Part shown: in pieces, positions 59,464 to 64,000 of the stretch | How positions within the stretch are numbered: the first letter of the stretch is position 1 | How the letters are laid out: every line of letters starts with the position of its first letter | NCBI GenBank assembly: GCA_937898885.1 | Contig: CALDKD010000071.1 | Coordinates: 1,250-65,249 of the forward strand | Origin: an uncultured Bacteroidales bacterium | Lineage (GTDB): Bacteria; Bacteroidota; Bacteroidia; Bacteroidales; Bacteroidaceae | Length of the DNA: 64,000 nt | Direction: 5' to 3' | The notes under the pieces: generated by a model | Told to the model about the DNA's origin: nothing | Databases searched by the model: none | Seen by the model: only the letters and a program-made list of their open reading frames with translations | Program-made: the position numbers and the translations under genes

Positions 59464-62400
59464 TTAGAAGTTGTCTCTTACGCAACGGGCACAAGTTGAT
59501 TTTTGTAAAAATTGGCCGCCTCCAAAGTCTGTCGTTAAGGTTCCCGACCCCCTATAATACCCTATTGCATATCTTTCCATATCCTTTTTATTGCCATTAA
59601 GTCCAAGCGACCAATATGTCCTTGTTACGTATCCAATACTGGTATTACCTTCATCCCAGAAATTCTTTGGCAGGAAATAGTACAAAAAACACATTTCTCT
59701 ATTGTTTGGCAGTCTATATCCATCTGCACAATATGGATTACTGTTTATTGTGATGTTGCCATTTAGTGTTAATAAGTCAGTCTCTTCATAAGTCTTGGCA
59801 TCTGCAGGCGCCAAAGCAATAAATGATTGTGGCAATCTGTTGTTTGTAACCATATCTTCTTGATTGTATATAAAATCCGTCAGTCGGTTTTCCCTATAAT
59901 TGTCTTCGGACATATTACTCAGATCGAATTTAATATTCTTTGACGGATTGTATGTGCCGTTAATAGGAGTATTATCCTCATAAGTCACCTTTACATAAGG
60001 TTCGACTTCCACTTTAGGACTTGCATCTGCTGGCAGGCCCAGGTTACGGCAGCAGCGGATATGGAATCTGTTGCCTCCTGTAGCAGCTGTAGAACCCTGA
60101 TAGTAATTAGCAAAGTAACTGACGCTGCCATATTCCTCAGCCCAAATAATAGTTGCTTGTCCTTTTCCACTTTCATTTTTACCGTTACTCGTCAGGTAGT
60201 GATAATGCCAGTTTGTTGAATTATAAGGGTAGTATTCCGCCTCTTTATCAATAGATACCTCTCCGGCCCAAATACCGGCAATCTGGCCAGTTGTTGCCAT
60301 ATACCAGCGTATCTCATTACCCTGTATTATGCCGTCGCCATTATTATCTCTGTTTCTTCGCATACACTGGTACGCATAGTAGTCATAATAGTGAGCGCGT
60401 CCATCATCTTGATCCATTCGGAAAGGAATATAATCCTCAGATGAATTCTCATGGCTCTCTGCAGTAAGGTTGAGATATGTGCTCCACTTCACAGTACTCG
60501 GTCGATCAGTTTCGGTATACCATTTATCGTTAGCAGGATCAAAAAGATCCCATTCTCTTACTGTGTTCAGTCTACCATTGGTAGTGCTGTTAATGTCGGG
60601 ATACATCATATCGTATGTCTCATTTTTATACGTGGCGGCATAAACACATCGCCAGTTGTCCTTATCATCATCACGAACAGTATTCTCATCTACAGTCTCT
60701 ACGCCCCAAGCCGTCTTTAGGTCAGCCTTTGTGGTGCTGTACAGAGTCTGAATTACGCGTTGCTTGATGGAGAGTGTGGAGCTGGTTACCATACTCTCCT
60801 TGTCGGAGCTCTCCTTGGTCGATGTGATTATGTGCATCTCGCGTGGCTTTACGTTAGGACCTGCAAACTGTTTCCAGAAGTCTTGCGGTGTAGAGCCGCC
60901 ACGGGGATCTGCCTCGTAGTAGTTCTCGTTTACAAATACGGTAACAGCCATCTTGCCATCGCTGGTGAAGTAGTTGGTTTGGCCAGCCTCTTTCAAGCTT
61001 TTTTGCCTCTTCAGATATTCCACCAGTTCCACTACCGTCATGGTAGGTGAGGTTGAGCCGGTGTAATTTGCTGTGTAATCGAAGGTATAATTGGAATCAT
61101 AAGGTTTATATTCTCTTCTGTTCAGTTTATATGATCCGTCATAGTTCCTTTCATTTACGCGGAACTCCACCCACTTGTAGTCGCAGGGGATGGGGACTTC
61201 TGTGCCTTTCCCTTCGGCGAACGGAGTATAGACGTACCAGGTGGTCAAATCCTTATCCACATTGTCTGCATAGAATGTGTGTACGAACGTCTCGTAGTGT
61301 GCATCGGCGTGGAAGTAGTTCTCCTTTGCCATGATTACTCTTCCTGTGGCTCCTGGAGCAGGCTCATTTGATGTGATTACCTCAACGCTGATGTCATCGA
61401 CTCCCTTGATGGTTATGTTGTATGTGTATTCGGTATTGCGCTTAGTGTCGAAGTCGTTTTTGTCTGGTCCGAAGTTGCCAAGGTGTATCTTGTAGGTAAA
61501 GTCCGAGCTTAGTGTATAGCCGGTTGCTGAGACCATCTCGCCTTTGTTGTTGGCCTCTCCATAATACATATCTACTTCTCCCTCCAGTATCAGGTATGTG
61601 CCGTATTCCGGCGCGCAAACCCAGGCTCCGTTTCTGCCTGTTGATGTGTCCTTTGTCTGCTTCTCGCGGTCGGCATAGCTGGCTGCGGTGCTTTTTCCGG
61701 TTCTGTCGGCATAGTTCTCCATACTATAGAATGAGAAATTGTATGTCTTTTTGCCGCTGCTCGTGCCCTCGTGGAACACCCTCTGGTATGATGACGTGAA
61801 GTAGCTATCCTTAGCATCCTCAGACTTAGAGAATGATGTCTTGTCGTTGTCGCTGTCTTCGAACAGGTATGATGTCATTGGCAGGTTGACCACCTTCCAT
61901 TGCCTCATGTTGAGGGTCTTGATTGTTGGCTTACCGCTTGATTCCGGGTCTGCGAATGTGATGTTGACGTTAATCTTGGCGTTCACCCTGTCAAGGCAAA
62001 GAAGTGCTTTGTTTCCAGTCACAGTATTTGAGTATGTTGTTCCTGCTGTGGTTTCCACAGAGCCGTCTGTTTTGATGTTTACGTTCTTGACCCAGCCTGA
62101 CATAAGGAAGAATCCGTCGTTCGTAAGTGTCTTCTGCGCCAGTGTGGCGGTGAATTTCCTGATGTCGGCCTCGGTGCTTATCTTGCTGGTCAGTTTGTCC
62201 ACGTCAATATTGTATGCTGCCTCGGATATGTTGGCAATGGCGTAGATGTTGCAGTTGCTGGCTGATACGCCTGGCAGTTTTATCTGCCCGTTCGTGCCAC
62301 CAGACTCTGATTGCGAGTATGAGGAGACTTTTTCCGTGTATCCGGATGTAAGATAGTTTCCCTCGCTGTCGTAAACCGCCACATAGAAGTTATAGACCTT

Positions 62401-62595
62401 TCCCTCGTACTCAGGGCCGAGTGTCATCCTGGTAACCTGCAGGTCTCCAATGTTGGAAACGCAGAAGGGGATGCTCATCTCAACTGGGACTCCCTCCTCA
62501 AAGGTAGAGCCAGTGTTACTGACAATGGCCTCTCGCGCGCAGGAGGCGATAATAAATGATATGGTAGCTATCGTGAATAGAAAATGACTTTTCAT
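59464..62595 (-). CDS. giant fimbrial-operon lipoprotein: FimA/Mfa-like N-terminal pilin domain, long middle region, DUF1566/FISUMP-like C-terminus (candidate pilus tip adhesin)
   Basis: Lipoprotein signal MKSHFLFTIATISFIIASC; ATG 62595 is preferred over TTG 62604. The N-terminal pilin-like pattern is ...IYAIANISEAAY...FFLMSGWVKNV...LDRVNAKINVNI. The C-terminus ...ADGYRLPNNREMCFLYYF...YWSLG...ARCVRDNF resembles the DUF1566 / Fibrobacter paralogous-domain ending. Confidence 0.6.
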   Translation of the reverse strand: MKSHFLFTIATISFIIASCAREAIVSNTGSTFEEGVPVEMSIPFCVSNIGDLQVTRMTLGPEYEGKVYNFYVAVYDSEGNYLTSGYTEKVSSYSQSESGGTNGQIKLPGVSASNCNIYAIANISEAAYNIDVDKLTSKISTEADIRKFTATLAQKTLTNDGFFLMSGWVKNVNIKTDGSVETTAGTTYSNTVTGNKALLCLDRVNAKINVNITFADPESSGKPTIKTLNMRQWKVVNLPMTSYLFEDSDNDKTSFSKSEDAKDSYFTSSYQRVFHEGTSSGKKTYNFSFYSMENYADRTGKSTAASYADREKQTKDTSTGRNGAWVCAPEYGTYLILEGEVDMYYGEANNKGEMVSATGYTLSSDFTYKIHLGNFGPDKNDFDTKRNTEYTYNITIKGVDDISVEVITSNEPAPGATGRVIMAKENYFHADAHYETFVHTFYADNVDKDLTTWYVYTPFAEGKGTEVPIPCDYKWVEFRVNERNYDGSYKLNRREYKPYDSNYTFDYTANYTGSTSPTMTVVELVEYLKRQKSLKEAGQTNYFTSDGKMAVTVFVNENYYEADPRGGSTPQDFWKQFAGPNVKPREMHIITSTKESSDKESMVTSSTLSIKQRVIQTLYSTTKADLKTAWGVETVDENTVRDDDKDNWRCVYAATYKNETYDMMYPDINSTTNGRLNTVREWDLFDPANDKWYTETDRPSTVKWSTYLNLTAESHENSSEDYIPFRMDQDDGRAHYYDYYAYQCMRRNRDNNGDGIIQGNEIRWYMATTGQIAGIWAGEVSIDKEAEYYPYNSTNWHYHYLTSNGKNESGKGQATIIWAEEYGSVSYFANYYQGSTAATGGNRFHIRCCRNLGLPADASPKVEVEPYVKVTYEDNTPINGTYNPSKNIKFDLSNMSEDNYRENRLTDFIYNQEDMVTNNRLPQSFIALAPADAKTYEETDLLTLNGNITINSNPYCADGYRLPNNREMCFLYYFLPKNFWDEGNTSIGYVTRTYWSLGLNGNKKDMERYAIGYYRGSGTLTTDFGGGQFLQKSTCARCVRDNF

Positions 62596-62628
62596 AACAA
62601 TCAAAATTACGTTAGTACGGAGATATGA

Positions 62629-63630
62629 TTACTTGAATGTCGCGTCGCCGCCTCCCGGAATCCATTTTGCCGCATCGAGGTACAACGTCAGGCCCTCACT
62701 GCCGGTAAGCGAGTATATGTAGGTCTTGCCGGGCTCCCAGCTGCCGGTTGACAGTGTGGCCTCCTTGTATGACGTATAGTCATTGTTATTGCACAGCCTT
62801 ATTTTTACGGGATATTTGGAAAGGTCCTGTGGCAGAAGGATGAACGGCTCGCCAATTACATAATCGCTGTCAACGAAATCTCCAGTACTGGGCTTGTTGC
62901 AGTAGGTTACGTCGGTAAGGTATGCAGGTGTTTCAGCTGGTGCAGGCGAAAGACTGGTCCAGCTGACTGTTCCACCGGATGTCAGAGTGGCGGTTCCGCT
63001 GGTGTGCACGCCTCTAATTTCGATTCTTGTTATGTCATCTTTTTCGTAGTCTCCGTTTATGATGCCTAATCTGAATATCACTGATGTTAGCGGGTGCTTG
63101 AAAAGAATTCCCGCCTCGATGGGGCCGCTCTTTATTTCCTTTGAGAAGTATCCTAAAAGAACGTCCTTCTGTCTCGTGGCGTCAAGAATATCATATCCGG
63201 ATTTTTTCATATCATAGCTGAAACTGATTTTCTCATAGGTTGAGCTGAGCGATGATACGTTATCATTTCCGTTGGCGTATGCTAAGAACGTGTAGGTGTC
63301 TTTTTCAGGCTCAACCTCGGTATGGCCTCCTGTTCCGGGTGTCCAACTGCTTGTGTATCCTACAGTCTCACCGCCGGTATTAGTGAACATAGTGGAACCT
63401 TTGTAGCCGAAAACGGTAAAACTACTGATGCCGGTTGTACTCAATGCTATTGTGGATGTGTTGGTTGGGTTGTACAATGTACCCCTGGTGTCTGCCGATT
63501 CCATGCCTCCCAGTACGGGCTGATAGTTGATGCTCCACATTGGTTGGCTGTCCTGGGTGCGCTCGCACGATGTGGTTGTCAGCATCAGTGCCGCAGCTGC
63601 AACGTATATATATGAATGCCTTTTTCTCAT
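62629..63630 (-). CDS. fimbrillin family (Mfa_like_1-type) lipoprotein
   Basis: 333 aa with lipobox LMLTTTSC. Typical family segments are QKDVLLGYFSK...ILFKHPLTSVIFRL and GSWEPGKTYIYSLT. Confidence 0.65.
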   Translation of the reverse strand: MRKRHSYIYVAAAALMLTTTSCERTQDSQPMWSINYQPVLGGMESADTRGTLYNPTNTSTIALSTTGISSFTVFGYKGSTMFTNTGGETVGYTSSWTPGTGGHTEVEPEKDTYTFLAYANGNDNVSSLSSTYEKISFSYDMKKSGYDILDATRQKDVLLGYFSKEIKSGPIEAGILFKHPLTSVIFRLGIINGDYEKDDITRIEIRGVHTSGTATLTSGGTVSWTSLSPAPAETPAYLTDVTYCNKPSTGDFVDSDYVIGEPFILLPQDLSKYPVKIRLCNNNDYTSYKEATLSTGSWEPGKTYIYSLTGSEGLTLYLDAAKWIPGGGDATFK

Positions 63631-63658
63631 TTTGTCAGAAATTTAGCGTGTCTCAATA

Positions 63659-64000
63659 TTAGAAAATTATGGTTGAAGGGTCCTTCGTCCATGGGTCAAT
63701 CTGCGGGTTGTATAGCAGTGACCACTTTATGTCTTCCGGAAGGAACATTCCACTGATGATTGTCTTGTGGTGTGTTTTGAAGGTTATGTCGCCACTGCTG
63801 TCCGCAAGCTTTGCGGAGCGTATCTTGCCGTCCTGATTGGTTATCCTGAACACGAGGTCATTAACATTGCTGGTACCTTGGCCCGGGTTGATGAAGAATG
63901 TGAATGTAAGTGATTTGCCGTTGGCAATCTTGACAGTTCCTCCTGTTGAGAACGTCATAGAGACGGTTTTTGTGGCGGCGGGGGTTCCAGTAGCGGCGGC
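63659..64000 (-). CDS. C-terminal part of a further fimbrillin-like protein (runs off window end)
   Basis: The frame is open from base 64000: AAATGTPAATKTVSMTFSTGGTVKIANGKSLTFTFFINPG...ISGMFLPEDIKW... It is beta-rich and sits 28 nt upstream of the fimbrillin gene on the same strand. Confidence 0.45.
   Translation of the reverse strand, partial: AAATGTPAATKTVSMTFSTGGTVKIANGKSLTFTFFINPGQGTSNVNDLVFRITNQDGKIRSAKLADSSGDITFKTHHKTIISGMFLPEDIKWSLLYNPQIDPWTKDPSTIIF

Overview
The window reads as chromosomal core genome of a Bacteroidales-type organism. Three observations support that: Bacteroidetes TAnnTTTG -7 boxes 17-46 bp upstream of most start codons (one sits ~130 bp upstream), lipoprotein and T9SS C-terminal sorting signals, and a type V pilin-like gene cluster. 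All calls come from reading the translations and DNA by eye (motif recall). No searches were run.

About 46 protein-coding genes are supportable.
- Housekeeping genes: metK, purD, mutS, leuS, rdgB, lgt, ychF, polA, deoC, dtd, uvrC, apt, mnmG.
- Non-PUL glycan-active or secreted enzymes: GH3 beta-glucosidase, GH9-like enzyme, CE1-type esterase.
- T9SS-related genes: two large T9SS-CTD cargo proteins and a PorZ-like beta-propeller protein.
- Envelope genes: PBP4, NodB deacetylase, DUF2723, lytic transglycosylase.
- At the right end: an ECF sigma factor with a small membrane partner, then a fimbrillin-like operon running off the window.

I found no rRNA, tRNA, CRISPR array, IS element, integrase or recognisable defence system. 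Nothing here can be defended as a clear-cut novel system. The best candidates for follow-up are:
1. A divergent DUF4294 / ComEA-like HhH beta-barrel gene pair.
2. Two T9SS cargo proteins with unusual tandem-module architecture.
3. A head-to-head ORF junction at about 57.35 kb that looks like a rearrangement scar.
4. A 413-bp convergent intergenic region with a roughly 95-nt near-perfect hairpin.
5. A giant pilus-associated lipoprotein with a DUF1566/FISUMP-like C-terminus.

Several ORF-track starts (GTG/TTG or upstream ATG) were moved to downstream ATGs, based on signal peptides and promoter-box positions.
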